Shown here: positions 27,299 through 38,600 of the stretch, piece by piece
Position numbering within the stretch: position 1 is the stretch's first letter
How the letters are laid out: each line of letters begins with the position of its first letter
IMG/VR virus record: IMGVR_UViG_3300048576_000035
Coordinates: 1-44,308 of that record
DNA: 44,308 bases
Direction: 5' to 3' (one strand)
From: a virus
Lineage: Duplodnaviria > Caudoviricetes
Translations under genes and position numbers: made by a program
Notes under the pieces: generated by a model
Told to the model about the DNA's origin: nothing
Databases searched by the model: none
Seen by the model: only the letters and a program-made list of their open reading frames with translations

Positions 27299-28348
27299 GT
27301 GGTTATTATAGAAAAGTTTTGCGTGTTTTGCGGGAGGGAACCTGAATCAAAAACAAAAGAACATGTAATACCTCAATGGCTAATTGAATATACGGGTGAT
27401 CCCAAAAGAGTAATAACAGCGGGATACAATAATGCGTTTAGAAAGCGTAAATTTAGTTTTGATCAATTTCAATTTCCGGCTTGTTATCATTGTAATCAAA
27501 AATTCAGTAAGCTTGAGGATGATGCTAAAAGAATTTATTTAAAGATTATAAATAATAATCCATTACTTCCAAGAGAAATAAGCATTTTATTAGATTGGAT
27601 TGACAAAATACGCATAGGTTTATGGTTGGGATCGTTAAGCCTTGCCCAAAATCCATTTAATATTAATCCTAATTTTTATATTGAAAATAGAATTGGGAAA
27701 ACGGACAGAATGCTAGCTATATATGCTACCGATGACCATAATCAAAGGCTTACTTTTCTAGGAATTTCTACGCCAGCATTTACACACGTTCCAAGTTGTT
27801 TTGCATTATTGATTAATAATTTATGTTTTTTCAATATATCGACGGCTTTTTTATTTTCAAAAGAAATTGGTTTTCCTTATCCTTTGATAAGAGAATATAT
27901 CTACGACGGTAAAAATTTACATACTGAGTATGCTTTAAAAAGCGGATTAAATAGAGTATCAGAAAGACTACTTTTAAAACCAGTATTACAACCATGTACA
28001 GAAATTTTTCAACCAATGTTTATTCATAGTAGTGACTTGGAGCATCTTTACTCTAATGGTTTTATAAAGTCTAACTGTATTGATTATGAGAATGGGATAG
28101 GTAAAGTATTTTATAAAGATAATAATGTATATAAAGTAGTAAGTGATAAGGGATTAACGATTTCTCAAAAAGGTAATTTCAATCAAAAGTACTTAGATCA
28201 TGAGATTTGCATACAGACGTTGAAATTCCAAAATTTTTTATTGCAAAATATATTATCTGATATTGCACTAGAAAATATTAAATTTCAATATTCTCAGTGT
28301 ATATCTTTTAATAATAAATTATTAGATCATTATAACCGAACCAGTTAA
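27299..28348 (+). CDS. AT-rich moron with an N-terminal HNH-like Zn-binding nuclease domain
   Basis: CVFC...KTKEHVIPQWL...PACYHCN; own TATAAT (27279-27284) and GGAGGGG RBS. Confidence 0.7.
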   Translation: MVIIEKFCVFCGREPESKTKEHVIPQWLIEYTGDPKRVITAGYNNAFRKRKFSFDQFQFPACYHCNQKFSKLEDDAKRIYLKIINNNPLLPREISILLDWIDKIRIGLWLGSLSLAQNPFNINPNFYIENRIGKTDRMLAIYATDDHNQRLTFLGISTPAFTHVPSCFALLINNLCFFNISTAFLFSKEIGFPYPLIREYIYDGKNLHTEYALKSGLNRVSERLLLKPVLQPCTEIFQPMFIHSSDLEHLYSNGFIKSNCIDYENGIGKVFYKDNNVYKVVSDKGLTISQKGNFNQKYLDHEICIQTLKFQNFLLQNILSDIALENIKFQYSQCISFNNKLLDHYNRTS

Positions 28349-28431
28349 GTTCGACAATGGATCAAAGTATGTATTAGTGTGTATTAACATTTACATATGG
28401 TTATCCGATATATTTACAGGGGTGGTTATCC

Positions 28432-28614
28432 TTGGCAACGTCTCGGCACAACATTACACTGGATCAGGAAACCTTCGAAGAATTTTGTTTTTATGCGAGC
28501 AGGTACGGTATTAAAATTTCCACCTGGATTAACATGAAAATGAGAGAATTCATCGAGGATGAAAAAACACTGGAAGAAATACGAAAAAGCAAGCTCAGCA
28601 AAAGGGAAATATGA
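28432..28614 (+). CDS. Ribbon-helix-helix-like DNA-binding protein
   Basis: RHNITLD strand followed by two helices (GIKISTWIN). Confidence 0.65.
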   Translation: MATSRHNITLDQETFEEFCFYASRYGIKISTWINMKMREFIEDEKTLEEIRKSKLSKREI

Positions 28615-28643
28615 TATGCTTTCCCCAGGAGGGGGATGACCAT

Positions 28644-28772
28644 ATGAGTATTGACTTTAGCCAGTTTGAATTATTTGTTCCAGTGAAACATACCAAAGAA
28701 GAATTGAAGAAGATCAAGAAGGAACTCAAAGAATTGAACAGGAAAAATAAGAGGAAAAAGGCATCCAAATAA
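28644..28772 (+). CDS. 42-aa Lys-rich peptide, absent from the ORF track
   Basis: AGGAGGGGG RBS; MSIDFSQFELFVPVKHTKEELKKIKKELKELNRKNKRKKASK; hairpin AAAAAGGCATCC/GGGTGCCTTTTT over its stop. Confidence 0.5.
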   Translation: MSIDFSQFELFVPVKHTKEELKKIKKELKELNRKNKRKKASK

Positions 28773-28893
28773 GGGTGCCTTTTAGTTCGCATATGTATAT
28801 ATTCGTAAATATGAATGTTTACAAATGCTGATGAATAGCCACTTGTGGAGATTAATGGATAATTTTCCCATATGGATCATATGTTGAACCTTG

Positions 28894-28917
28894 GGAGCTC
28901 GGAAACGGGCTCCTTTT
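28894..28917 (+). terminator. GAAA-loop hairpin with T-tail
   Basis: GGAGCTCG-GAAA-CGGGCTCC-TTTT. Confidence 0.6.
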
Positions 28918-28952
28918 AATTTGAAAACTATTAGGTCCGAGGAGGGAGAAAG

Positions 28953-29498
28953 ATGGATTGTCAGACAATAGCAAACAGAGCGGGATCAATGATTGATGAG
29001 AATATAAATGATGAGGATTTTATCGTTACAGTTCTTAATGACTTCCAGGATGATATCGCAGAAAAGCTCACTCCTGTCGGGGCTACAAATATAAACGCAA
29101 CCGCGAATGTATGGGCTGATCTGCCGGAGGATTTGATCGCCTTGCATATTGACGAGGGTGGGAATTGCGGAGTGAGTAAAAACGGTGTAACTGTAAAGGT
29201 ATTTGAGTTTCGAGAATTATATCCAAAGCGGCAGATCAAGTTTTATGAAACCGGAACATACGAAGTCCAATACGACAGAGCCCCGACTGAAATCACGGAT
29301 GTCGAGGAATCCCCCGATACTCATCCATATTTGCATAGTTTGGCCGTTTTGTTTTTAGCGTCTCGGTATAAGTCAATGGACGATGATGAAAATCAGGATG
29401 CACTCAGGCTGATGCAGGAGTACGAACAAAAGAAAAAAAAGAGGATCGGAATACTGATGCATCCGTCCGGGGATAGCGGGAGAGTGACTGTAGAATGA
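28953..29498 (+). CDS. Head-tail adaptor-like protein
   Basis: 181 aa, DLPEDL motif, precedes the nozzle-like gene. Confidence 0.6.
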   Translation: MDCQTIANRAGSMIDENINDEDFIVTVLNDFQDDIAEKLTPVGATNINATANVWADLPEDLIALHIDEGGNCGVSKNGVTVKVFEFRELYPKRQIKFYETGTYEVQYDRAPTEITDVEESPDTHPYLHSLAVLFLASRYKSMDDDENQDALRLMQEYEQKKKKRIGILMHPSGDSGRVTVE

Positions 29499-31030
29499 GG
29501 CAGTATTTACACAGAATCGGTTTTGTTGATGGAGTCAAGCCGGCATACAACCCGATAGCAATTCCAAAAACCGCAATATGGGAAGCCCGGAACGTCGATG
29601 TGGATGATATCGGCGTTCTTCGTATCCGGCCGGGGAGCTGTGATATTTCATTGTCACTTGGAGCCAGCGACATACAAGGGGCCATTCCGGCGTTTGACGG
29701 GATATTGTTCGTATGGAATAAAGGGTTGTATCTTTATAATTTTGAAGAATACACCCAAATTGCGGATGACCTGTTTGATACTGGGGATGTCTCAATGGAA
29801 CTGTGGTCTGAAAATAATGCCCCGGTAGTTTATATTCATGATGGTAAAGGAATATGGAAGACTAACGGAACAACCTGCGCAAAAATAATCCCATATACTC
29901 CAGTCGAGGGCGAGCCGGTCAATCTTCTGAGGGAAGAGGATGGAACACAGAATTTGAACTCGGGCATAGCAAAGGCAAAGATTGTTGTCATGAAGCACGG
30001 CCTAGCTTCCAGGACGGCGCTGATGTATGAGAATACGGTATATTTGAGCCATCCTTTTGATGTTACATATTTCCCGGCAAATCAGACATTCCAGCTCCCT
30101 GATGATGGTGGAACCGGTGTTGATTTAAAAGTAGCATATGGTGCGCTTATCATCTATCGGGATCGTGATATCTGGGCATTTATTGGGGACGATGTAACGA
30201 ATGAAAGCAGTGTCTTGAAGGTACAGGACTCCTCGATCGGATGTGCGTCCGGGAATAGTATTGTGGATGTTCCGGGAATCGGGCAGATATTCCTTGGGCC
30301 GGATAACTTCTATGCTCTGCAAGGAGTCTCTGCAATACCGGATCAGTACAAAGCAGTCCCGATCGGGGATGATATTATCCCATATCTCAGACGGGCAATG
30401 TCTGAAAAATGTACCGCTACATACTACGATCGGGAATATGTCATATGCTTTTACAATGCATCCGAGCCCGAAAGGGTATTCCGGTATAAAGCAACAAAAA
30501 AATCCTGGTACATCGATGAAGCACCAGTCGCAAAGCAATACTTGAAGTGCAATAGCAAACTGTATTATACAAAGTTCGGGGCAATACATGAGCGTGCTTC
30601 TAATCTGCGGACGGACGATGGAAAAGGCATTCCATTCTTTGCGGCCTTTGCGCAGGAGCGGTTGGCCCAAGGTTTATCCAGGATAAAAAAGATATTTGTG
30701 TATGTTAACTCCAGAGAGACGTTGCAGCATTTGAATGTCGCGGTCATCGCTGACGGTTCAAAGGTCCAGACGGTTGAATTGAATATTGCCGCTGCATCTG
30801 GAGCCGATTTCGAGATTGGGAAGTCCCAAATAGGTGTAGGCCGAATCGGGCGGCTATCTGAAGCCAAGGTATATGAGGGAAGGGTTGAACTCGATAAATG
30901 CACTTTTGTTCAGGTCAGGTTGATCGGCACAACCCCAGATGAGGATATCGGTGTAATGGGGTATTCGCTTGAATTCAGAGCAAAAGACATAATGAAGGGT
31001 AATAAACAGGGGGTGACCAAAAATGCTTGA
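29495..31030 (+). CDS. Tail nozzle / DNA stabilisation protein-like
   Basis: ARNVD..G.LRIRPG N-terminus, VYLS, IGCAS..SIV, beta-rich, 511 aa. Confidence 0.65.
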   Translation: MRQYLHRIGFVDGVKPAYNPIAIPKTAIWEARNVDVDDIGVLRIRPGSCDISLSLGASDIQGAIPAFDGILFVWNKGLYLYNFEEYTQIADDLFDTGDVSMELWSENNAPVVYIHDGKGIWKTNGTTCAKIIPYTPVEGEPVNLLREEDGTQNLNSGIAKAKIVVMKHGLASRTALMYENTVYLSHPFDVTYFPANQTFQLPDDGGTGVDLKVAYGALIIYRDRDIWAFIGDDVTNESSVLKVQDSSIGCASGNSIVDVPGIGQIFLGPDNFYALQGVSAIPDQYKAVPIGDDIIPYLRRAMSEKCTATYYDREYVICFYNASEPERVFRYKATKKSWYIDEAPVAKQYLKCNSKLYYTKFGAIHERASNLRTDDGKGIPFFAAFAQERLAQGLSRIKKIFVYVNSRETLQHLNVAVIADGSKVQTVELNIAAASGADFEIGKSQIGVGRIGRLSEAKVYEGRVELDKCTFVQVRLIGTTPDEDIGVMGYSLEFRAKDIMKGNKQGVTKNA

Positions 31031-32948
31031 TAGAATTAATTTGACGCTAGGCCAGACACCTACGGAGGCAGACTGGGAGAATTGGTTCAACCGGGTAATA
31101 GATTACGTCAACGCCGGTATTCCGGCAGCCGACCTCGCAAAGGAAGCCGGTAAGGTTGCTATATCTATATCAGGTGACGCCGCAACGCTGAACGGTAAAA
31201 CAGCCGATGAGATTGTAGCGGGAGACTTTCCGGAAGTGAAAAAAACACTCATAGACGCCTTGACCGGAGGATATGATCTGGTGTTGAAGGGCGGAGCGTG
31301 TACAAAGAACGGGACTACTCCGAGTCGTCTTGATATCACAGCATGTAGCGTCATTCAGAAAGTGGCATCGACAGGAGTAATAGACCGGGTTGATCTTTCG
31401 GCGGCGTACAAAACCAGCGTTAAAGCAAATACGACATATTTTCTTGACGTCGAGGCTTCTTCTGAGGCATTTGCATGGGGAGAATCCCATCCATCAGGTG
31501 ACTATGTTCCGATTGCCACGGTGACAACGGATCTGAATGCTGAGATTGCAACGATAACCGATACAAGGCCCCTGGTGTTCGAACTGTTCAAAGGGTTTGA
31601 CGCCAAAGTAAGGATACCGGACTTTGAGGATCATAAGGATGCTACGGCCGGAATACACGGAGCTACATCGGCTGCTACTGCTAGTAAACTCCTCATTAGG
31701 GATGCAAACGGCAGGGCGAAAGTAGCTGCCCCGAGTGCTTCTGATGACATTGCCCGGAAGGATACAGTTGATACTCATGTTTCAGACAATTCAAAGCACG
31801 CCGCATACCTTGGTGAAACAACAAATAGCGGCAATAACTACAGCATTACAACTACTGAAGAAATCCCCAGCAATTCACATTTTATTGTCAAATTCAATGC
31901 AGCATCAACTGGAGCGGCTACACTAAATATTTCGAGCATAGGAAGTGCTAAGGGAATCAAGAAGCCAGGTGGTTCAGATGCCATTATTAAGATAGGACAA
32001 TATACATTGTTCTATGACGGATCAAATTTTCAGTTATTGGGTGAAGGAGGTGAGTATGGAACAGCCGGAGCAGCCCAGGTATTAACCGGATACACGTATG
32101 GCTCGGAAAACGGATTGCAAAATGGAAGCATGGCAAATAGAGGAGCGGTAAATCAATCTTTATCGATCAATGGATCATACACTATACCAGTCGGATATCA
32201 CAACGGATCCGGTCAGGTAACCCAATCCATTCCTACTAAAACCGCTGCAACGATCACACCCAATACAGCTCAGCAGACAATAGCATCCGGTCAGTACCTT
32301 TCCGGAACACAAACAATCGATACTCTTGGCGGAGATGCTCCAGTTTCGGCGGTGCTATCCGGCTATACATTCAGCAGTGATGTAGCTGGAAGGGTAGCAA
32401 CTGGAGCAATTGCCCAAAAAGCGGCTGCAACTTATACACCAGGGACTACAGATCAAACAATAGCATCCGACCAATATCTCGGTGGGGTTCAGACAATAAA
32501 AGGAGACGCAAATCTTACATCTTCAATACTCCCTCCCGGAGTTACTATTTTTAACGTAACCGGGGAAGCTATTGCAAGCGGGGACTATGTAACTGTTAAT
32601 ATATCTAATGAAATGTACGTATCAGGTTCAGGATTTAATGGAGCATTTTCTCCTATATTAACGATAAAAAAAGCAGGAACTTACAAGTTAAAATTCTCTG
32701 CAAAATCATCTTCTGCTAGTACCAGCTTGCTGTGTAGATTTAAAATAAACGGTAATACACCATCTTGGGATAGTGTTAATTGTACTGATAGTTATCAAGT
32801 TTTCGATAAAGGCACAATGACTTTTGCTGTTAACGATACAATACAGCTTGAGATTAATTCTAATAATGGGGGCCCCAATTTTTGGACTAAAAACTTTAAA
32901 TTATGTTGCAATCGTGATATGGCATTTGCGGTTTGCTCCGATTTATAA
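31023..32948 (+). CDS. Tail fibre / receptor-binding protein
   Basis: HGATSAATASKLLIRDANGRAK module, two TPxTxxQTIASxQYL repeats, distinct C-terminal tip. Confidence 0.8.
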   Translation: MLDRINLTLGQTPTEADWENWFNRVIDYVNAGIPAADLAKEAGKVAISISGDAATLNGKTADEIVAGDFPEVKKTLIDALTGGYDLVLKGGACTKNGTTPSRLDITACSVIQKVASTGVIDRVDLSAAYKTSVKANTTYFLDVEASSEAFAWGESHPSGDYVPIATVTTDLNAEIATITDTRPLVFELFKGFDAKVRIPDFEDHKDATAGIHGATSAATASKLLIRDANGRAKVAAPSASDDIARKDTVDTHVSDNSKHAAYLGETTNSGNNYSITTTEEIPSNSHFIVKFNAASTGAATLNISSIGSAKGIKKPGGSDAIIKIGQYTLFYDGSNFQLLGEGGEYGTAGAAQVLTGYTYGSENGLQNGSMANRGAVNQSLSINGSYTIPVGYHNGSGQVTQSIPTKTAATITPNTAQQTIASGQYLSGTQTIDTLGGDAPVSAVLSGYTFSSDVAGRVATGAIAQKAAATYTPGTTDQTIASDQYLGGVQTIKGDANLTSSILPPGVTIFNVTGEAIASGDYVTVNISNEMYVSGSGFNGAFSPILTIKKAGTYKLKFSAKSSSASTSLLCRFKINGNTPSWDSVNCTDSYQVFDKGTMTFAVNDTIQLEINSNNGGPNFWTKNFKLCCNRDMAFAVCSDL

Positions 32949-32973
32949 CTCTTTATTGAGAGGAGATTCAAAT

Positions 32974-34062
32974 ATGGATATGTATACTACGGGCTATATT
33001 AGCCCTGCAGATGCAACAAGAAAACAGCAGGCCTATTCTGGCCCACAGACTAAAAATACAATTTTGAAGAAGCAGCAAATCAATTCAATGGGCGGATCTA
33101 TGGGAACAGTAAAGCCTGCTAATCCTGTAGCATATAAACCGTCCACGGGGTCGCCGGATGTGTTTATTAATGATCCTAAACCCAATAATATGTACTCCAT
33201 TCCCGAAATGGGTGGTTCTATGGGACAGGCGAATCCCGAACCGGGTAAAATGTATACCGGTGACCCCGTTTTCAAATCGCCATGGGGTGCAGAAACATCG
33301 AAGCAGTATGCGCCTGAACAGCAAAACACGCAGGCACAGCAAAATTCACAGGCGATGACGCCGACAAATTATATGGAACTTGCAAAACAATTTGCAGGAC
33401 TGTTCGATACCTCTGCGCAGGAGCAGTCGGCAAAAAACGGATTCAATACCGCATTGCAGAAATTACAGGGTAATTGGGCATCTCGCGGACTTGGAGCGAG
33501 CGGCGCAGCTGCGGCCGCGGAAGGGCAAGCCGCAACCGATCTTGCGACGAATCTGGCGCAATTACAAACGCAATCCATGGAAAAAGCCTTGCCTTATGCT
33601 ATGCAGTATGCACAGCAACAACAGGCCGCTGATCAGTTCAATAAAACTTTTGGACTTCAGCAGGACCAATTCAACGCTGATCAGCAACAGCAGACCTGGA
33701 AGAATCAGTTTGATGTTCAGCAGTTCGATTGGCAGAAGGAACAGTCAAGACTTGAATTGGAACTCCAAAAGCAGGGACTTGATGCTCAGACGGCAAATCA
33801 AGCCGCTGCTCAGGCAATCGCCCAAGCTCAATTACAGATGCAACAGCAAAATGCGGCTTTGCAGCAGGCGCTACAGGAAGCAAGTCTAACTGGGTATTAC
33901 AACGGGAGCCCGACAATGCAGTATCAAAATAACGCCTTTGCACAGGCCATGGATATCGTAGATAGACTCGGGTATATACCAGATGGGTTATTAAGTGGTT
34001 TGACTCCACAGCAGCAGGCTCTGTTGCAAAGTTACCAGCAAGGAGGTGCAACGAATGGGTAA
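32974..34062 (+). CDS. Gln/Ala-rich probable ejection (internal virion) protein
   Basis: GAGAGGAG RBS before ATG 32974; SRGLGASG motif; Q-rich helices. Confidence 0.6.
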   Translation: MDMYTTGYISPADATRKQQAYSGPQTKNTILKKQQINSMGGSMGTVKPANPVAYKPSTGSPDVFINDPKPNNMYSIPEMGGSMGQANPEPGKMYTGDPVFKSPWGAETSKQYAPEQQNTQAQQNSQAMTPTNYMELAKQFAGLFDTSAQEQSAKNGFNTALQKLQGNWASRGLGASGAAAAAEGQAATDLATNLAQLQTQSMEKALPYAMQYAQQQQAADQFNKTFGLQQDQFNADQQQQTWKNQFDVQQFDWQKEQSRLELELQKQGLDAQTANQAAAQAIAQAQLQMQQQNAALQQALQEASLTGYYNGSPTMQYQNNAFAQAMDIVDRLGYIPDGLLSGLTPQQQALLQSYQQGGATNG

Positions 34063-34840
34063 TCTTCCTTTACCGAATAATGTTTCAAGCGGCCTCATGA
34101 ATAGCGCATTGAGTGCGGCGCAGCAGTTGAAGAATAACGGAACCGGAATTAATTCCAATTTGCAGAACCTTTTCGACAACATCAAGGCCCCGGATTTTAC
34201 AATGCCGAATCTGCCTGACTATTCAAAGATGCAGCAGCAGAAGGTGAACTGGGTGCAGCCGAAGTACAATACCGATGGGTCCGTTACGCAGAGCCAGAAC
34301 ACACAGCAGATTGCCGATCCGAATACCTTTGCCTTTCAGAACATGCTTGCCGGGAAAGGGTCAGGCCAGTGGTTGCCTACAATGCAGCGCCAGCAGTTCC
34401 AGGAGGACCAGGTACAAAACTATCTTAAAAACCTCCAGGGCGCAACGCAGATGAACCAGAATCAAGATCAATGGCAAAGGGAATATGATTACCGATCTGG
34501 ACAGGATGCAATCAAAAACAGCATGGACTGGGCACGGATTTCCGGATATATGCCGGACGGATCCGACACAGAATCCGGTAAGCAGACCAATTCAAATATC
34601 AACCACACAATGTTCGGCGATATGTTGGCCGGGGATGCTGCATACTCCAATATTCCTTCTGGTAATTCGGGAAGCAGTGGAACATCTACAGCCCCATCTG
34701 CAATTGACAGTCTGTTGAAGATGACCGAGGCACAGAATAAAATTGATGAGCTTGGCCGGCAGATGGCATATACACCAGATTATCAGAAAGCGCAGGTTAT
34801 TGCTCAGATCGATGCGATTCGGAAGGAGGCAGGGTTATGA
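34055..34840 (+). CDS. Gln/Asn-rich probable ejection protein
   Basis: AAGGAGGTG RBS; composition and position. Confidence 0.55.
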   Translation: MGNLPLPNNVSSGLMNSALSAAQQLKNNGTGINSNLQNLFDNIKAPDFTMPNLPDYSKMQQQKVNWVQPKYNTDGSVTQSQNTQQIADPNTFAFQNMLAGKGSGQWLPTMQRQQFQEDQVQNYLKNLQGATQMNQNQDQWQREYDYRSGQDAIKNSMDWARISGYMPDGSDTESGKQTNSNINHTMFGDMLAGDAAYSNIPSGNSGSSGTSTAPSAIDSLLKMTEAQNKIDELGRQMAYTPDYQKAQVIAQIDAIRKEAGL

Positions 34841-35661
34841 ACTTGAACGAGATCGAATCACTTGCAAAGCAGAAGCTCAATGACCCTAATCCTACCATAG
34901 CTCGGCAGGCTGCCGCAGCACTTACAGAGATACAACAAAGCAGATCACCGCAGGGATTGGCGCAGGCTTATTTCAAAGTGGCAGGCAGCAATCCTACCGG
35001 GTATATGGAGCAGCTTGGGGAGATGCGTTCAGTTTCCCCCTGGGCTGGGAAGCGAACATGGACCGATGTGGATGCAGAAGCAAAGAATTTCGGCACGGTA
35101 AATGGACAAAAGACTTGGGACAGACAACTAAATGAGGCCAATGCCACGGGTAAACTAAACGGTCAGCGCACTCTTGCCGGACAGCAGTTTGACCAAAACG
35201 CAGCACAGCAGAAGCTCGATAATCAATATCGGCAGCAGACTTTTGATTACCAAAAAGGCAGGGATACCGTTGCGGATCAGAAGTGGCAAGCCGGAATGAA
35301 TCTCGACTTGAGAAAGCAGAGTTTCTCAGAAGCTCAATCCCAAATTGAAAACGCTTTAAGAAGTAGGCAAATTTCTCAAGCGGATGCAGACGTAGAATTG
35401 GCACGGGCGAAGTTCTTAGCGGATCAGGACCCAAATAGCCTTGATAACAAAATAAAACAAGCTAATCTCGATATACTAAACGGTGGCAAAATCACTGACT
35501 CACAGCTAAGAGAAAAGGCTGCAGCACTTGCCAAAGACTCGCTTGGAAATTTTGATGCATCTATATTTGATCAGGTATACAATGCCTTAAAGGGTGGTAC
35601 GACAAGCACAACACCCTACCCGGCGCAATCATCCACACAGAAACCGTGGTACATGAAATAG
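34837..35661 (+). CDS. Probable ejection protein
   Basis: Coupled ORF, Q/A-rich helical. Confidence 0.55.
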   Translation: MNLNEIESLAKQKLNDPNPTIARQAAAALTEIQQSRSPQGLAQAYFKVAGSNPTGYMEQLGEMRSVSPWAGKRTWTDVDAEAKNFGTVNGQKTWDRQLNEANATGKLNGQRTLAGQQFDQNAAQQKLDNQYRQQTFDYQKGRDTVADQKWQAGMNLDLRKQSFSEAQSQIENALRSRQISQADADVELARAKFLADQDPNSLDNKIKQANLDILNGGKITDSQLREKAAALAKDSLGNFDASIFDQVYNALKGGTTSTTPYPAQSSTQKPWYMK

Positions 35662-35676
35662 AAGGAGGCGTAAGTT

Positions 35677-38600
35677 ATGCCTACTGCTGCACAGTTGAAG
35701 GAGGCGTTTGATTACGCCTCCTCAGATCCCAATAACTATTTTAATATGAATGATGAAGGTAAGAAGGCGTTTTGGCAATACGGTAAAGATAATGGACTAA
35801 TCAGTAGAGGTAATTTAAGCACTCAGGCGCAAACAGAATGGGACAAATATTCAGAAACCCCTCTTGATAATTCTCGGTATAATATTGTCGGGAGCAATAT
35901 GATCCAGAGATACAAAGAGGATACGCCTCTCAAAGCTGCTGGCAAGGATATTGTGAATTATGGGCTTGGAACTGTTGGGAGAATTTTTTCCGCCCCGCAG
36001 CAGGCCATAATGCAGGCAGATAGAGCAGCAGTAAATGCGGCTACGGGTAAACCTCAGGACTTTTCACAGATGTCCTTCGGTAGAGATATCCTCGGAGCGA
36101 AAGAGGATAATTTACTTACAATGGCAGCCAGTACAGTACTCGACCCTACGACATACATTGGCGGTGGTATTATTGACGATCTTACCCGCGCCGGTATGAT
36201 GGGCGCTGGGGCAAAGGCCGGTACCGCCGAGAATCTTACCGCGAGTGCTGCCCGTGGTCAAAGAGCCACAAAAGGAATGCAGCCGGCAGCGCAGACAGCT
36301 ACAAAAGAATACCTGAACGCAGAGCGCATGGCTGCTAAAAAGGATGCCGTACAAACGCCCGACGTGATATATGCTACTGACAAGGGAAACGTGGTGAGTG
36401 GGCAGAATGTCCTTGCGCTTCCGGAAGGCAAACCTTCATCCGTTGGAGCTCAGGTTGTAAAGTCTGAGCGGGAGCGTTTAGGAATTCCTCAATATGCTGA
36501 ATCTGCCGGGAAAACAGATGCACCTTTCAATGCCACAAAAGCAGAGCAGGAACAGGCCACGGCGTTAGCACGGGCAATCGGGATGGAAAGCAATACGGTA
36601 CCTTTTGAAAAATTGGTGTCTGAAAATGGCGTACATGTTTCCACAAAGGCAGGAGAAAAAGTACGCCAGTTTGGTGAAACTGCATTGGAGGCTTCTGTTG
36701 GATCACCGGAATATAAGGCAGCCTTGAAAGCCGATATGCCGACTTATACGCCGATTTCTAATAAAGACACACTGCAAAAGGCAGAGAATATCGTTAATGC
36801 CAACGAGGGCGTAGCTAAAAACATATTTTCAAGTGCCGGTAAAGGCGGAACTACTGCGGATGATGTAGCGCTCGGGGAGGTTCTAATCAAAAAGGCTATT
36901 GAAAGCGGAGATGTCAAGGAGGCCAATCGGTTAACGGTTGATCTTGCTACGAAGCTTACCGAAGCAGGCCAAGCAGTCCAGGCAGCGTCTATCTTTAAGC
37001 GTATGACACCCGAAGGAATGCTGATGTATGCTCAAAGAACCGTGGGCAATGTGAACCGGGATCTTGAAAAATCTCTTGGGAAAGTGGCAAAGAAAGTTGA
37101 ACTGACGCCAGAAGAAAGCCAATTTATCACGGACACCATGCAGAAAATCCAAGGGATGCAGGATGGTAGGCCGAAGGACATTGAGCTTGCCAAGGTCATG
37201 CAGATGATAGCCAATAAGGAACCGTCAGGGATTAGCGATGAGATTCTCGCGGCGCAAAGAATCTCGTTACTCCTGAATCCGAAATCCATGATCAGGAACG
37301 CAGTCGGCAACACAATATTCGGGATAATCGACAACATCAGCAATGTGGTAGCCACGCCGATCGACAAGCTTGTAGGCTTGAAAACAGGCCAGCGCACAAC
37401 TACTCTTCCGGACGTCGCAGGCCAGATTAAAAGCGGTATTCAAGGCGCAAAAGAGGTAATTGAGGACGCAAGGCTCGGCATAGATACGTCACCATTCCGA
37501 AGCCAGTTCGAACTGCCGAGCAAGCAAATCTTTCAAGGTAATGGCCCTTTGAGTAAAGCAATGAATGTTATGGACCAGACAACGAGAACCGGACTAAAGC
37601 TGGGTGATACACCGTTCTATAAGGCTGCATATGACGACGTACTGCGGCAACAAATGAAGCTCGCAAATGTCGCCGAACCGACTACGGCCATGATAGAACA
37701 GGCGCAGAAGGTCGCGCAGCAAAGGACATACCAGGACGTGAATTCTCTCACGAACGCATTTAAAATGGCCCAGAGAGCCTTGAATTTTGGAAAACCCGCA
37801 GGGCTCGGTAATGTTGTTCTACCGTTTGTCAAAACGCCGGCCAACATCCTGAAACGAGCCATTGAGTACAGTCCTTTAGGGGTTGAGAAAGCAATAAGAG
37901 AGGGTTACAACCTGGCGAAGCATACCGGAAAATTCAGCCAAAAAGCTTTCGTTGATTCCATTGCAAAAAGCGTAACCGGGACCGCAATGATCATGGTAGG
38001 CTATGACTTGGCGAAGAAAGGCTATATTACGGGACAAGCCAATAAAGACAGGGATATCGCCGCATTTGAGAAGAACATGGGCAAAAGCGAGTATGCGTTT
38101 AAATTTGGAGATAACTATTACACCTATGACTGGATGCAGCCCGGATCAATGGCGCTTGCGATAGGGGCTGATATGTATCTATCAGGTAAGGAACGAAAGG
38201 ATGCCGAGAATGTGGTAGTGGATGCGGTTAAGAGTGGAGGGCAAACCCTATTCAAACAGTCTCTGTTGCAAGGTGTCCAGAGGTTCATGGGTGGATACAG
38301 CCCGATGGATAACCTTGAAGAAACACTGGCTAATGCTCTATCACAATTAACGCCAACCTTGGGTAAGCAAATAGCACAGATGACTGATAGCACGCAAAGA
38401 ACTACAGCAGATAATTCTACAGTGAAATCCGCAGTAAATAATATAAAAGCAAGAATTCCAGGCCTCAGCCAGACACTTGAGCCCAAAGTAGACACTTTCG
38501 GAAACGACATGGAGAATTATCAGGGAAAGAACAATATTTTCAATGTTATGTTTAATCCTGGATTCAGTACGGAGTATAAGCCAACGAGAGAGCAGCAAGA

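Noticed and set aside
31023-32948. Diversity-generating retroelement or invertible tail-fibre switch
   Set aside because: No reverse transcriptase, template repeat, invertase or flanking inverted repeats seen
32824-32973. N-terminal extension of the 412-aa ORF overlapping the fibre gene
   Set aside because: The RBS supports ATG 32974; the overlap has no separate evidence
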